Positions 11,057-22,199 are shown, counted from the stretch's first letter. The stretch: 64,000 bases of DNA from Candidatus Poribacteria bacterium (GCA_965205015.1 OZ242029.1:1152001-1216000); one strand, 5' to 3'. Made by a program: numbers and translations. The notes: a model not told the origin generated them from the sequence alone.

Positions 11057-11196
11057 TATAGATAAGTTGCTAAACCTTTTGAAGAATCTTGCGTCACAAT
11101 TGCCAATCCTGTTACAGCAAGTCGCGGCTTGCATTTTTCGATGATCAGCCAACTTGCGATCTGTTGTCTATAACACTGAAAAGGGAGAGAATTCCT

Positions 11197-14100
11197 GTGA
11201 AAACTGCTAACAATACGATTCCACTAATGGCTCTGTTGGTGTGTTTCTGCCTCACCGTGTTAGGACTACCCTCGGCGTTTGCAGAACATCACGAAACGGA
11301 ACAAGCGAATATAAATTACAATCTCGATATCCGTCCCATTCTTGCGAATAACTGTTATGCTTGCCACGGACCAGATGCGAAGAGTCGTCAAGCCAACCTG
11401 CGGATTGATACGAAAGAAGGGGCGTTCTCTGAACCGAGCGGATACCCGGTCATTGTTCCCGGTAAACCCAAAGAGAGCGAACTCCACCTTCGCATCATCT
11501 CCAACGATGACAATTATCGCATGCCGCCAGCAGATTTCAATAAAACGCTAACACCGGCACAAATTGAAGCGGTTACACAGTGGATTCGCGAAGGCGCGAA
11601 ATGGGAAGAGCACTGGGCATTTACAACACCCGTCCGCCCAACGCCACCAGAGATCAAGAACGGAGATTGGGTACGCAACCCGATTGATGCATTCATACTT
11701 TCACGCCTCGAAAAAGAGGATCTACAACCCGCAAACGAAGCCGATAAACGAACGCTCATCCGACGTTTAAGTTTAGACCTCACCGGCTTACCACCGACAC
11801 GTGAGGAGATTCACCAATTCCTCGCAGATGATTCACCCGACGCTTACGAGAAAGTTATTGATGCCTTCATGGCAAAACCGGAATATGGCGAACACCTCGG
11901 ACGTTTCTGGTTAGACGTCGCACGGTACGGTGATACGCACGGGCTCCATTTAGATAACTACCGTGAAATGTGGCCCTACCGGGACTGGGTTATTGAGGCA
12001 TTCAATGAAAACATGCCGTTTGATCAGTTTACAACGGAGCAGTTAGCGGGAGACCTTTTGCCGGAACCGACACTTGAACAACAGATCGCTACAGGCTTTA
12101 ACAGATGCCATGTCACAACAAGTGAAGGCGGTTCGATTGATGAAGAATACTATGTCCAATACGCGATTGACAGAGCCGACACGACCTCTACTGTCTGGAT
12201 GGGATTAACTGTCGGATGCGCGCAGTGCCACGATCATAAATACGATCCGATCACGCAGAAGGAATTCTACCAACTCTACGCCTATTTCAACAACATCACC
12301 GAAAAGGCTATGGACGGCAACCGCAAGGATTCTCCGCCTGTTGTGAAGTTGCCGACCCCGGAGCAGGAAGCTGAACTCGCGGCGTTTGATGAACAGATCA
12401 CCGAACTGGATGCACAGACGAAAACTCCTATCCCTGAAATAGATGCGACGCAAATCGCTTGGGAAAATAGGATCCCACGCTGGACGACGCTGAAACCGAC
12501 CTCGCTCTACTCAAAAGGCGATGCGACACTTGAAGTTTTAGAAGACAACTCCATATTAGTCAGTGGCAACAATCCTGAACAGGAGATCTACGAGGTTACT
12601 ATCGAAATACCACCCGGTAAATGGAGTGCCGTCCGTTTAGAAGGTCTCACACACGAATCTCTGCCAGAAAGTGGGTTCGGTAGGAGCGATAACGGCAATG
12701 TCGTTTTGACAGATTTCGCACTCTTCATTGCACCAGCCGTAGAAGGCGACGCCTCTCCGACAGAAGAAGGCAGTGACAGTGATGCCGAGGCTGAGACGCA
12801 GGTAGAAAACGAAACCACCGCTGATGTCGATACTGAGGCAGAAACGGGAAGTACGCCTGCCCCTGATGCCGACACTGAGGCAGAAACAGGAAACACACCC
12901 ACCGATGATGTCGATGCCGAAGCGCAAACGGAAAGCACATCAACAGGGGACGCGAGCGTGGAAGGCGAGACCGAAAATACCGATACCGACGATCCATGGA
13001 CACGTATCCAAGTCGTGCATGCCTGGGCAGATCACGAACAAGCACTTGGGGAAAACAATCTTGAGGGTGTCGTTGCAAATGCAATTGACGATAAGCCGGA
13101 AACCGGATGGGCACTTGACCGAAGGAGTGAAAATCGGCAAGCCATTTTCCTTGCCGCTGCCCCCTTCGGAAGCGAAGGCGGCAGATTGAAAGTCCGCCTT
13201 AAGCATGAATATGACTTGCGGCACAAGCAACTTGGACGATTCCGACTTGCGCTTACGGATACCCCAACGATTTACCCCATCGGTTCCAAGATTACCTTAG
13301 GCGACTGGCACGCAGCAGGTCCATTTACTGCTGAACACGGTAACCTCGCCTTCTACCAAGTCTACGAACCTGAAACGAAAAACGTCAACACAGGCGATAC
13401 ATTTGAGGTGAACGGTAAAACCATCAAATGGGAGAAGCAGACGCATTGGGTCGACGAACAGGTGCATAACGACATCGTTGGCGAAAATAGTGCTACTTAC
13501 CTCTCCCGGACCATAACCTCTGTTACCCAACAGAAAGCACTCCTGTATATCGGAAGCAACGATGCACTGAAAGTTTGGATGAACGGCACGGAACTCCTTG
13601 CGAAAAACGTTCAGCGGGATGCGGCTGCCGACCAAGAACAGATGCAGGTCACTCTCAAGCCCGGTAACAATAAGCTCCTCCTGAAAGTCGTCAACTACTC
13701 AGGTCCGTCCGGTTTCTACTTCCGTATTGAAAGTGCGCCACCGATGGTGCCAGCCAATATTGTCGATATCGCGGGGATGCCGCGTGGCGAACGTGAGACC
13801 GCACAGACGGAACAGATCCGGGATTTCTATAGGCAGAACATCACGCCAGATAAGAGCATCAACGAAAACGCCAAGCGCGCCTTCGCGGATCTGAAAACAC
13901 TTTTTGCTGACTTATCAGAAGTTAAAGGGAAGCGGAACACGCTCGATGCAGAAGTAACGACTACACTCGTCATGCAGGAGCGAGAGGAACCGAGAGGTGC
14001 CTACGTCTTAGCACGCGGTGAATACCAGCATCGGGAGGAACAGGTTTATCCGCAAACCCCGTCAGTCCTGTCTCCCATGCCAGAAGATGCGACACCGAAC

Positions 14101-15051
14101 CGCCTTGGCTTTGCGAAATGGCTGCTGTCCCCGGAACACCCCCTTACCGCCCGTGTCACGATCAATCGATTTTGGCAAAACGTCTTCGGGACGGGGATTG
14201 TGAAAACATCAGAAGATTTCGGGACACAAGGCACCGCGCCGGTGCACCCAGAACTTCTCGATTGGCTTGCGACCGAATTTGTTGCATCGGGATGGGATAT
14301 TCAAGCCATGCTCAAATTGATACTCACCTCCGCAACATATCGTCAGAGCGCACACGTTACTCCCGAAAAATTGGAACGCGATGCAGATAACGAACTACTC
14401 TCCCGCAGTCCAAGGTACCGGCTTGATGCCGAAATCGTGCGAGATAACGCGCTCGCTCTCAGTGGCTTGTTGTATACTAAAATTGGCGGTCCAAGTGTCA
14501 AACCGCCACAACCCGATGGACTCTGGAAAGCCGTCGGGTTTACAGGATCCAATACCGATACGTTCGTTAAAGATACCGGTGCTGATAAGGTATACCGCCG
14601 GAGTCTCTACACATTCTGGAAGCGTACCGCACCCCCGCCACAGATGAACATTCTGGACGCTCCGTCCCGTGAAGCCTGCACAATCCGCCGTGAACGTACC
14701 AACACGCCGATGCAGGCGTTAATGCTGATGAACGATCCACAGTTCTTTGAAGCGGCGCGCGTTTTCGCAGAGCGCACCCTTAAGGAGGGAGGCGACACAC
14801 CAGAAGCGCGTATCGCCTACATTTTTGAGGCAGCAACCGCTCGCCTTCCGAAGCCAAACGAGGAAGCCCTGATATTGGAGACGTTCCAAGCCCACTATCA
14901 GGAATTGGAGGCAAATCCAGAAGCAGCCAAAGAACTCATCGCTGTCGGTGAATCGCCACCTGATGAGACTTTAGATGCAGTCGAAGTCGCTGCCTGGACA
15001 ATGATTGCAAACCTGATTCTCAACCTGGACGAAGTCCTGAACAAAGGATGA
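11197..15051 (+). CDS. PSD1 / planctomycete cytochrome c domain protein (DUF1549/DUF1553)
   Basis: CYACHG and CAQCHDHKYDP heme motifs, WLDVARYGDT, HPLTARVTINRFWQ, HPELLDWLA; GTG start after a GGGAG RBS. Confidence 0.9.
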   Translation: MKTANNTIPLMALLVCFCLTVLGLPSAFAEHHETEQANINYNLDIRPILANNCYACHGPDAKSRQANLRIDTKEGAFSEPSGYPVIVPGKPKESELHLRIISNDDNYRMPPADFNKTLTPAQIEAVTQWIREGAKWEEHWAFTTPVRPTPPEIKNGDWVRNPIDAFILSRLEKEDLQPANEADKRTLIRRLSLDLTGLPPTREEIHQFLADDSPDAYEKVIDAFMAKPEYGEHLGRFWLDVARYGDTHGLHLDNYREMWPYRDWVIEAFNENMPFDQFTTEQLAGDLLPEPTLEQQIATGFNRCHVTTSEGGSIDEEYYVQYAIDRADTTSTVWMGLTVGCAQCHDHKYDPITQKEFYQLYAYFNNITEKAMDGNRKDSPPVVKLPTPEQEAELAAFDEQITELDAQTKTPIPEIDATQIAWENRIPRWTTLKPTSLYSKGDATLEVLEDNSILVSGNNPEQEIYEVTIEIPPGKWSAVRLEGLTHESLPESGFGRSDNGNVVLTDFALFIAPAVEGDASPTEEGSDSDAEAETQVENETTADVDTEAETGSTPAPDADTEAETGNTPTDDVDAEAQTESTSTGDASVEGETENTDTDDPWTRIQVVHAWADHEQALGENNLEGVVANAIDDKPETGWALDRRSENRQAIFLAAAPFGSEGGRLKVRLKHEYDLRHKQLGRFRLALTDTPTIYPIGSKITLGDWHAAGPFTAEHGNLAFYQVYEPETKNVNTGDTFEVNGKTIKWEKQTHWVDEQVHNDIVGENSATYLSRTITSVTQQKALLYIGSNDALKVWMNGTELLAKNVQRDAAADQEQMQVTLKPGNNKLLLKVVNYSGPSGFYFRIESAPPMVPANIVDIAGMPRGERETAQTEQIRDFYRQNITPDKSINENAKRAFADLKTLFADLSEVKGKRNTLDAEVTTTLVMQEREEPRGAYVLARGEYQHREEQVYPQTPSVLSPMPEDATPNRLGFAKWLLSPEHPLTARVTINRFWQNVFGTGIVKTSEDFGTQGTAPVHPELLDWLATEFVASGWDIQAMLKLILTSATYRQSAHVTPEKLERDADNELLSRSPRYRLDAEIVRDNALALSGLLYTKIGGPSVKPPQPDGLWKAVGFTGSNTDTFVKDTGADKVYRRSLYTFWKRTAPPPQMNILDAPSREACTIRRERTNTPMQALMLMNDPQFFEAARVFAERTLKEGGDTPEARIAYIFEAATARLPKPNEEALILETFQAHYQELEANPEAAKELIAVGESPPDETLDAVEVAAWTMIANLILNLDEVLNKG

Positions 15052-15096
15052 TGCCTATTGGGCGCGTCCCATTTGATGAAAATTAGGAGATAGACA

Positions 15097-16575
15097 ATGG
15101 ACCCAATTAAGGAATACTTGAAACTTGAAACCCGTCGCCAATTCTTTGGTAAATTCGCGTCAGGTCTCGGCGGAGCGGCGCTCGCCTCACTACTACCGAA
15201 CGCCGTTGTCAACGCGCTCGAAAGTCAAGCGAAACCGAGATTTGGAGGTTTACCAGAGTTACCACACTTCGCCCCGAAAGCGAAACGTGCCATTTACCTG
15301 TTCATGTCCGGTGCCCCGTCCCAACTCGATCTCTATGACTACAAACCGAATATGGGGAAGTGGTTCGATACAGATCTCCCTGAATCCGTCCGGATGGGTC
15401 AACGCCTCACAACGATGACCTCAGGACAGGATAAGTTCCCGATCGCACCTTCCATATTTGAATTCAAGAAGTATGATAACGGGGGTGACGGTGTATGGAT
15501 GAGCGAACTGCTACCACACACGGGATCGGTAGCGAAAGACCTTGCGGTTATCAAGACGGTACATACCGAGGCGATTAACCACGATCCTGCTATCACCTTC
15601 TTTTGTACCGGTGATGAAAGTCCCGGTAAACCGAGTCTTGGGGCATGGTTGAGTTATGGACTCGGTAGTGAAAACGAAAATTTGCCTGCATTTATCGTGA
15701 TGAACGCCACATGGAGCGGTCCGAAAGGGGCACAGGCACTCTATAATCGACTTTGGGGCTCCGGTTTCCTCCCATCAGAACACCAAGGCGTGCTACTTCG
15801 CAGCCAAGGCGACCCTGTCCTATTCCTCTCGAATCCGGAAGGTGTCAACGAAAAAACGAGAAAACGGATGTTAGACACCCTCGTTGAACTCAACAAGGAG
15901 CTCTATGAGGAGGTCGGCGATCCCGAAACACATGCGCGCATCTCACAATACGAAATGGCATTTCGTATGCAGACGAGTGTGCCTGAATTGACGGATTTAT
16001 CTCAAGAACCCGAGCACGTCTTAGAACTGTATGGACCTGAGGTAAAGACGCCTGGCACGTTCGCTAACTGCTGCATCCTCGCCCGTCGGATGATGGAGCG
16101 TGATGTCCGCCTCGCTCAAATCTTCCACCGTGGCTGGGATCAGCACGGGCAACTCCCCACGAACATTCGCAACCAGGCTCGGGATATCGATCAGCCCTCG
16201 GCTGGACTTATCACAGACTTAAAACAGCGCGGGATGCTCGATGAAACCTTGGTCGTCTGGGGCGGCGAATTTGGAAGAACCGTCTACTGTCAAGGCACTC
16301 TCACCCCGGATAACTATGGACGCGACCACCATCCGAAGTGCTTTACGCGCTGGATGGCTGGCGGCGGTATCAAAGGTGGTGTGGTCCACGGCGAAACCGA
16401 TGACTTCAGTTACAATATCGTCAAAGACCCTGTTCACGTTCGGGATATAAATGCCACTATTCTGCGTCTACTCGGGATCGACCACGAGCGGTTAACCTTT
16501 AAGTTCCAAGGGCTTGATCATCGGTTAACAGGCGTTGAGGAAAAAGCGCGGATCGTCCGTGAGATTTTAGCATAA
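15097..16575 (+). CDS. DUF1501 domain protein with Tat-like signal
   Basis: TRRQFF signal, [40 protein letters not shown]; canonical partner of PSD1 proteins. Confidence 0.92.
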   Translation: MDPIKEYLKLETRRQFFGKFASGLGGAALASLLPNAVVNALESQAKPRFGGLPELPHFAPKAKRAIYLFMSGAPSQLDLYDYKPNMGKWFDTDLPESVRMGQRLTTMTSGQDKFPIAPSIFEFKKYDNGGDGVWMSELLPHTGSVAKDLAVIKTVHTEAINHDPAITFFCTGDESPGKPSLGAWLSYGLGSENENLPAFIVMNATWSGPKGAQALYNRLWGSGFLPSEHQGVLLRSQGDPVLFLSNPEGVNEKTRKRMLDTLVELNKELYEEVGDPETHARISQYEMAFRMQTSVPELTDLSQEPEHVLELYGPEVKTPGTFANCCILARRMMERDVRLAQIFHRGWDQHGQLPTNIRNQARDIDQPSAGLITDLKQRGMLDETLVVWGGEFGRTVYCQGTLTPDNYGRDHHPKCFTRWMAGGGIKGGVVHGETDDFSYNIVKDPVHVRDINATILRLLGIDHERLTFKFQGLDHRLTGVEEKARIVREILA

Positions 16576-16617
16576 GCGTCGGCATCTATCGTAAATCCGA
16601 TAGTTCTCTAAAGGGCA

Positions 16618-16881
16618 GTGCCGCAGCTTTCTTCTCTTAAAGAGAGGAGCCCGTTTTGGGCTCACATTTGGAGGTGGAGTTCGGATTACGGTCGCAGTTT
16701 AACACTTTGGGCGCTGTGGTCGCTGCTCATCGCCCTCTCCTTTTCGCTCCTGTATACGTCGGGACCTTCATGGCTTCCGGAGTGGTTACAGGAGCGGATG
16801 CCACAATTCCATCAAGTAACTGGGACTGACGTGGGGCTCCCTTTAACCTTTTGGAAATCCTTTTGGAAATCCTTGATTTAA
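16618..16881 (+). pseudogene. Fragment of a paralog of the pentapeptide/ion-channel gene at 18458
   Basis: WRWSSDYGRSL.LWA.WSL...FHQ.TG...PLTFW matches the TM region of 18458..19615; ends at a 12-bp duplication (ttttggaaatcc x2) just before the pore motif. Confidence 0.7.
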
Positions 16882-16919
16882 TCGCTCACAAGCGACATCT
16901 TACCCTTCCTGGAGGCTCC

Positions 16920-18401
16920 ATGCCTAAACTGGTTGTCAAAAATTTCATAAACATTCGAGAAGCAGAAATTGATATGGATAAAACTTTGGTGGTTTTCATC
17001 GGTGAAACCGCCAGTGGAAAAAGTATCCTCGTGAAGTTACTCTACCTTTTCCAAGAGCTAATCCGCGACTTTCGCCAATACATCAGGCAAATTAATACCT
17101 ACCCACCAGACCATCTGAAAACATCCGGACAGGAAGTCTCAACAGTGTTTCGCGCGCAAATTGCCCATAAATTCCGTGAGTTTTTTGGTGATGCCACAGG
17201 GTTCCCAAAATTGAATAGCAGTCAGCAAGAGGACATGAATGTTAAACGAAAGCCGACAGAGGACCCGCTGACGGTTTCCGATAGCCACTTTGAAATCACC
17301 TATCACTATACAGCTGAAAGTGCCATCAGACTGACGTTGACCGATGAGAAATCGCTCCATATCGAATTACCCGCTGTTATGGACAAAGTTGAAGACCTCT
17401 GTTACAACTTATTGGATAAACTGAACAGCGTTGACATAAAACAGTCCCCCAGTGTCTCAAGCGAACCTGAGTTCCCGAAAGAAACAGGTGAGTCCTCAGA
17501 AGACACCCCTCAAAAAAACAAAAATACCGACCAGTTCCACTATATTTTAAATATGGCAATCGGACTGAGTGACATCACGGAGACATTAGCCGGTAAACAT
17601 CGTGACAGTCTCTTCATTCCCGCAGATAGGAATATTGCTTCCAACTATCCAGATGCCCTTAAAAGAATCTTCTATGGTGGTATAAAAAGCGATCTTCATA
17701 CGCGCGCTGCAACCCGTTCACGTGCCAATCTCCATCTCATCGCACGCTTTTTGGAAAAAAATGAAGAATTCCTCGATACCTTTAGCACGCAAAACTTTCG
17801 GAGCCTTTTTGACGAAAGAATCGCGGAAGAAGCAAAAGAAGTCGATAAACCGATCATGGAATTCCTGCTCAAGAAAATTTCCTTCATCTTAAACGGTGAA
17901 TACGAAACAATAGGCAAAATTTCTCAATCCCGACTCTTTTCCCATCCAACGGGTGAGAACACAACATTTTTAGAAAATGCGTCGACAGGGCAGCAAAATC
18001 TCATTCGAATTCTACAAGACGCCTTCATGAGTATGCTTTATAATGAAATGATTTTTCGCGTGATTGAGGAACCCGAAGCACATCTCCATCCAACAACCCA
18101 GAAACACCTCATGCATATCATCGCCTTGATGCGAAATCATATTGACAGTCAAATCGTTATGACAACCCATAGTCCGTATCTTTTGGCGGTGCTTAAAAAC
18201 CTCCTAACCGCTGGACGACGCTTAAAGAAGAACCCAAAAGCTGCTGCTGAAATGGAGGCGCGTGTCCCAAAGTTATGTTGGTTAATGCCTGAAGATGTGG
18301 AAGTGTATCATCTTAAAGACGGGATAAGCCATTCCATTGTCCAACCGAAAAGGAAATCGATTCTGCGGAATCCACTTGCTGACCTCCTTTCAGATTTTTA
18401 A
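16920..18401 (+). CDS. ABC-type ATPase (AAA_15/AAA_21, OLD/AbiEii-like)
   Basis: LVVKNF..I, Walker A GETASGKS, signature ASTGQQ, Walker B/D-loop VIEEPEAHLHP, H-loop MTTHSPY; GGAGG RBS before the ATG at 16920. Confidence 0.85.
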   Translation: MPKLVVKNFINIREAEIDMDKTLVVFIGETASGKSILVKLLYLFQELIRDFRQYIRQINTYPPDHLKTSGQEVSTVFRAQIAHKFREFFGDATGFPKLNSSQQEDMNVKRKPTEDPLTVSDSHFEITYHYTAESAIRLTLTDEKSLHIELPAVMDKVEDLCYNLLDKLNSVDIKQSPSVSSEPEFPKETGESSEDTPQKNKNTDQFHYILNMAIGLSDITETLAGKHRDSLFIPADRNIASNYPDALKRIFYGGIKSDLHTRAATRSRANLHLIARFLEKNEEFLDTFSTQNFRSLFDERIAEEAKEVDKPIMEFLLKKISFILNGEYETIGKISQSRLFSHPTGENTTFLENASTGQQNLIRILQDAFMSMLYNEMIFRVIEEPEAHLHPTTQKHLMHIIALMRNHIDSQIVMTTHSPYLLAVLKNLLTAGRRLKKNPKAAAEMEARVPKLCWLMPEDVEVYHLKDGISHSIVQPKRKSILRNPLADLLSDF

Positions 18402-18457
18402 CACGGTCTCCGACACCGTCCACCGTATAAAATAAATATCAAGGTAAAAATAGACAG

Positions 18458-19615
18458 ATGTACGAGAAGCACGGAGAAACAATCAAAGCACAGACCTTCC
18501 TTGGCGCACTACAAAGCGATGCCGTATCCGTTACCTTCACGAATTGCACGATCGAAGGGGTTGTTGACCTCTTTTCTATCGAATTGGAACGGGACGCAAA
18601 TGACCGGATACTCCTCAATAAGAGGCTTTCCTGCATCGGGTGTACGTTTAAAAACATCGTCAACTTTCGGACAGTCGTTTTCCACCAAGAGGTGGACTTT
18701 CGGCGCACTCTTTTTGAGTCGGATCTTGATTTCGATGAAGCGATTTTACACGGTCCCTGCGCATTCCGTGAAGCCATCTTCCAAAGGCGTGCCGATTTCC
18801 ACAGCGCAATCTTCCACAAGAGTGCCAGTTTTTGGCGGGCGCGATTTTATAACGTCGCTGATTTCCACAGGGTTCAATTCCGTGAAAACGCGGTTTTCCA
18901 TGAGGCTAATTTCTTCACTGAAGTCAATTTTCGCCGCGTGTTGTTCCAAGGCATCCTCGACTGCACGGGGACATGGTTTCCTGAGACGACGGTGTTCAAC
19001 AACGCCACATTTTTCGGGACTGCCCACTTTACCGCCGCACAGTTTGTCTCTGTCGCTGCCTTTGGCGACGTTAAATATACCCCAGATACTTTTTTCCACG
19101 CCGTGAAAGCCAAACTTGGCAGAAAACAGCACCGTCCGACCGAATTCTATTTAGATAGCCGACACATCGACGAGGTCGCGAACCCTTTTTTCAAAAGGTA
19201 CGTCGCCGACCGGCAGTTCATACGTGCGTTCAACCAGGCAAATCCGATATTGGCAAAGTTATGGCGATGGAGTTCCGACTACGGTCGGAGCTTGGTCCTC
19301 TGGGCGTTCTGGTCTCTTTTCTTTGCGTTTCTGTTCGCGCTTGCGTATATGCCGCTCCCGACGTGGATGCCACCTTGGCTGCAAAACTGGACACCTCGCT
19401 TCCATCAATCGACAGGTGCTTATAGCGGTGAGCCGTTAACCTTCTGGAACTGTTTCTATTTCAGCATTGTTACCTTCACGACGCTCGGTTTCGGGGATAT
19501 CGTTGCGAACAACGCCGCTGCGCGTTTGCTCGTTACGTTGGAAGTTATTTTCGGGTATTTGATGTTGGGTGGGCTTATCAGCATCTTCTCAAACAAACTG
19601 GCGAGTCGGAGTTAA
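18458..19615 (+). CDS. Pentapeptide repeat protein fused to a two-TM potassium-channel domain
   Basis: (A/V)xFxxxxF repeats, then YFSIVTFTTLGFGDI pore motif and a C-terminal TM. Confidence 0.88.
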   Translation: MYEKHGETIKAQTFLGALQSDAVSVTFTNCTIEGVVDLFSIELERDANDRILLNKRLSCIGCTFKNIVNFRTVVFHQEVDFRRTLFESDLDFDEAILHGPCAFREAIFQRRADFHSAIFHKSASFWRARFYNVADFHRVQFRENAVFHEANFFTEVNFRRVLFQGILDCTGTWFPETTVFNNATFFGTAHFTAAQFVSVAAFGDVKYTPDTFFHAVKAKLGRKQHRPTEFYLDSRHIDEVANPFFKRYVADRQFIRAFNQANPILAKLWRWSSDYGRSLVLWAFWSLFFAFLFALAYMPLPTWMPPWLQNWTPRFHQSTGAYSGEPLTFWNCFYFSIVTFTTLGFGDIVANNAAARLLVTLEVIFGYLMLGGLISIFSNKLASRS

Positions 19616-19637
19616 ATCACGAAAGAAAAGGTTTTCT

Positions 19638-22055
19638 ATGCAAACCAGAATTTTACAGACATTCTTCGTTATTACCTTCATAGTATCTGCTTCCACAACA
19701 CATACAACAGCACATGTAGCACCACAATCGGGAAACGCGGACTATTTTGACTACATCACGCTTTTTTCTCAGGGAAGGATCACGCGTTTTACAGAGATGC
19801 CGATTCGGGTGTATATCTCCCCTGTCCTCAGAGAAAGTCCGTACCTCCCTGAAATCCGATATGCGATGGAAACTTGGCACATCGCCAGCGAGGGTGCTAT
19901 CCGTTTTGAAGAAACCGAGACACCGCAGAACGCAGATATCCGCGTCAGCTGGGGATATACCGGTCTCCTCGCCGATTTCCAAGATACCCGACTCGGGAGT
20001 GCAGAACTCACACGCCTCAAAGATAGCGTCCAAATCGGCACCTTTTCTAATGGATTAGAGGTGGGCTCTATCACTACAGTTGAAGACCGGGAAACTGAGA
20101 CAATACATGAGATCAGTTTTACAGTAGAGGTTATCCTCATGTTAGAGGGTTACGGAACTGTCGGGGAATTGTCGCAGGAAGAGATGCGCACGGTGTGCGT
20201 TCACGAATTCGGACACGCCATCGGTTTGTGGGGACACAGTCCGCATCCTGGAGACATCTGTTATCCGACAGCGACCGCACAACAGCCGTCTGACCGCGAT
20301 ATAGCGACGCTGCGTAAACTCTATAACACACCCCTTAATACACCACAACACGATGTCGCTATCAAGGTCCTGAAAACCGAGATTGAACAGAAACCCTACG
20401 CAGACCCTCAAACGCAGCTGCGGACACGCTATCTGCTCGGATCTGTCTACTTCGACAAAGGCGATATACCCGCTGCTATCGCGACCTTCCAAACCTGTAG
20501 CGCATTAAATCCGAAGTTTCAACCCGCAATAGAAAAACTCATTCAAATCTACCACGAAACAGGGAAAACCGATCAAGCAATCGCACTTGTTGAGAAACGG
20601 GTCGCGGGGAAACCCTCGGCGGCAGATTACAATACGCTCGGCATCTTCTACTACGACAAAAAGGACGTTGAAAAGGCGGTCCACGCCTTTGAAAAGGCAC
20701 TGCACATCGCACCGTATCACAAAGCCGCACGGCGAAACCTACATCAACTCCTCCGAGCCAAAGGTTTCAAAGCACTCGCATCAAAAGATTTTGAGACGGC
20801 TACCACCGCTTTTGAAAGGGTGCTACAGATGGAACCCCTCGACGCGCCTACCTATCAACTCATGGGGAACGGATACGCCCAAGCCGGACAATTTGAAAGG
20901 GCTATCCACTACTATCAGAAAGCGACCGACCTGAATCCCGTGGATGCACTGACACAGCAAAACTTCGCACACTGCTATAACAATTACGGTGTATCGCTAC
21001 GAAACGGTGGAAAATGGGACGCGGCGATTGATGCGTATCGCAACGCTTTACGGTTGATGCCGACGTTCCAAATCGCCCGAACGAACCTGAGCGACGCATT
21101 TACCCGAAAGGCGAAGGCACATAGTGAAGCCGGCGAATTGGATGCAGCCGTGGCGGTGTATCTCGAATTGCAGAGACTCCATCCGAACGACATGCATATT
21201 CGGAATTTGCTTGGGGAGTTATATCTCAAAAAAGGCGACTACGCCGATGCGTTATCGGTATTTCAGCACGTTTATAACATCAATCCGAACGCCGATCACG
21301 CCCTACATAACCTCATTGCAGCGTCCCATCACTATGCACGAAGCCTCAGCGATATGGAAGACTACGCAACAGCGATTCAACTGCTTGAAAAGGCACTTCA
21401 ACTCTCACCTACCGATCTGAATTTACGGTTGAGCCTGGCAAACGCCTATCAAGGTGCTGAAGACTACGGGCGTGCTGCTACGGAAATATCGCGCGTTTTG
21501 GCACAAGCCCCAGAAAATCCACAGGCAAAAGAGGAGCAGATTAACCTGAAAATTCGACGGGGCAACGCCCTCATGCGGCAACGGCAGTACACCGCAGCGC
21601 TCGTTGAATTTAAGGCGATCCCTGAATCTGCGCGCGACATCGAGATTTACAACACCATCGGTTATCTCCACCTTGTGGAAGGCGAATACACGAAAGCGTT
21701 GGCTGGTTTTGAAACCGTCCTGCGGAAAGATCCGATTAACATGCCTGCCTTTCGGAATCTATTGTCGTTAGAATCCCAGTTGATTCGCAGACGTGGGACT
21801 CAAATGAGAGCGGATACCCTCGTCAAGGTCCGATGTCTCCTTGCCATCGCCTTGATGCATCGAAAACAGCCGACGGCGGCGGTCGAAAAATATCAACTCG
21901 CGCTGAATTCTGTCAAAAGATCTGGCATTTCTGAAGAGATGGATTCGCGCCTTATTGAAACCGGTAGATACCTCGCCAATTGGTTCCAGCAACACGGGGA
22001 CGCTGAAAACCGAGAGATGATTCTCGATTGGGTTGAAGAACGCAGGGGCAACTGA
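19638..22055 (+). CDS. Secreted matrixin-like metalloprotease domain plus TPR repeats
   Basis: Signal peptide, HEFGHAIGLWGH zinc motif, many TPR repeats (YNTLG, YQLMGNGY, YNNYGV). Confidence 0.85.
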   Translation: MQTRILQTFFVITFIVSASTTHTTAHVAPQSGNADYFDYITLFSQGRITRFTEMPIRVYISPVLRESPYLPEIRYAMETWHIASEGAIRFEETETPQNADIRVSWGYTGLLADFQDTRLGSAELTRLKDSVQIGTFSNGLEVGSITTVEDRETETIHEISFTVEVILMLEGYGTVGELSQEEMRTVCVHEFGHAIGLWGHSPHPGDICYPTATAQQPSDRDIATLRKLYNTPLNTPQHDVAIKVLKTEIEQKPYADPQTQLRTRYLLGSVYFDKGDIPAAIATFQTCSALNPKFQPAIEKLIQIYHETGKTDQAIALVEKRVAGKPSAADYNTLGIFYYDKKDVEKAVHAFEKALHIAPYHKAARRNLHQLLRAKGFKALASKDFETATTAFERVLQMEPLDAPTYQLMGNGYAQAGQFERAIHYYQKATDLNPVDALTQQNFAHCYNNYGVSLRNGGKWDAAIDAYRNALRLMPTFQIARTNLSDAFTRKAKAHSEAGELDAAVAVYLELQRLHPNDMHIRNLLGELYLKKGDYADALSVFQHVYNINPNADHALHNLIAASHHYARSLSDMEDYATAIQLLEKALQLSPTDLNLRLSLANAYQGAEDYGRAATEISRVLAQAPENPQAKEEQINLKIRRGNALMRQRQYTAALVEFKAIPESARDIEIYNTIGYLHLVEGEYTKALAGFETVLRKDPINMPAFRNLLSLESQLIRRRGTQMRADTLVKVRCLLAIALMHRKQPTAAVEKYQLALNSVKRSGISEEMDSRLIETGRYLANWFQQHGDAENREMILDWVEERRGN

Positions 22056-22059
22056 TTTA

Positions 22060-22165
22060 TAGTTATCAGTCGGTTTTTCTGCGAAAAACCTTTCAGTTGT
22101 CAGTCTTCAGTTAAGAGGGTCATCGTTTAACAAACGCCTCTTGTAACTGATAACTGACGACTATT
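22060..22165. repeat. MITE/REP-like imperfect palindrome ((AGTTGTC)n...(ACTGATA)n family); related copy at 61604-61690
   Basis: agttatcagt..agttgtcagt..aagagg / cctctt..aactgataactgacgacta. Confidence 0.55.
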
Positions 22166-22176
22166 TAAAAGGAGAA

Positions 22177-22199
22177 AGGTCGGGCAAAAAGCCCGACCT
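22177..22199. terminator. Hairpin between convergent genes, probable terminator
   Basis: aggtcgggc-aaaaa-gcccgacct. Confidence 0.6.
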
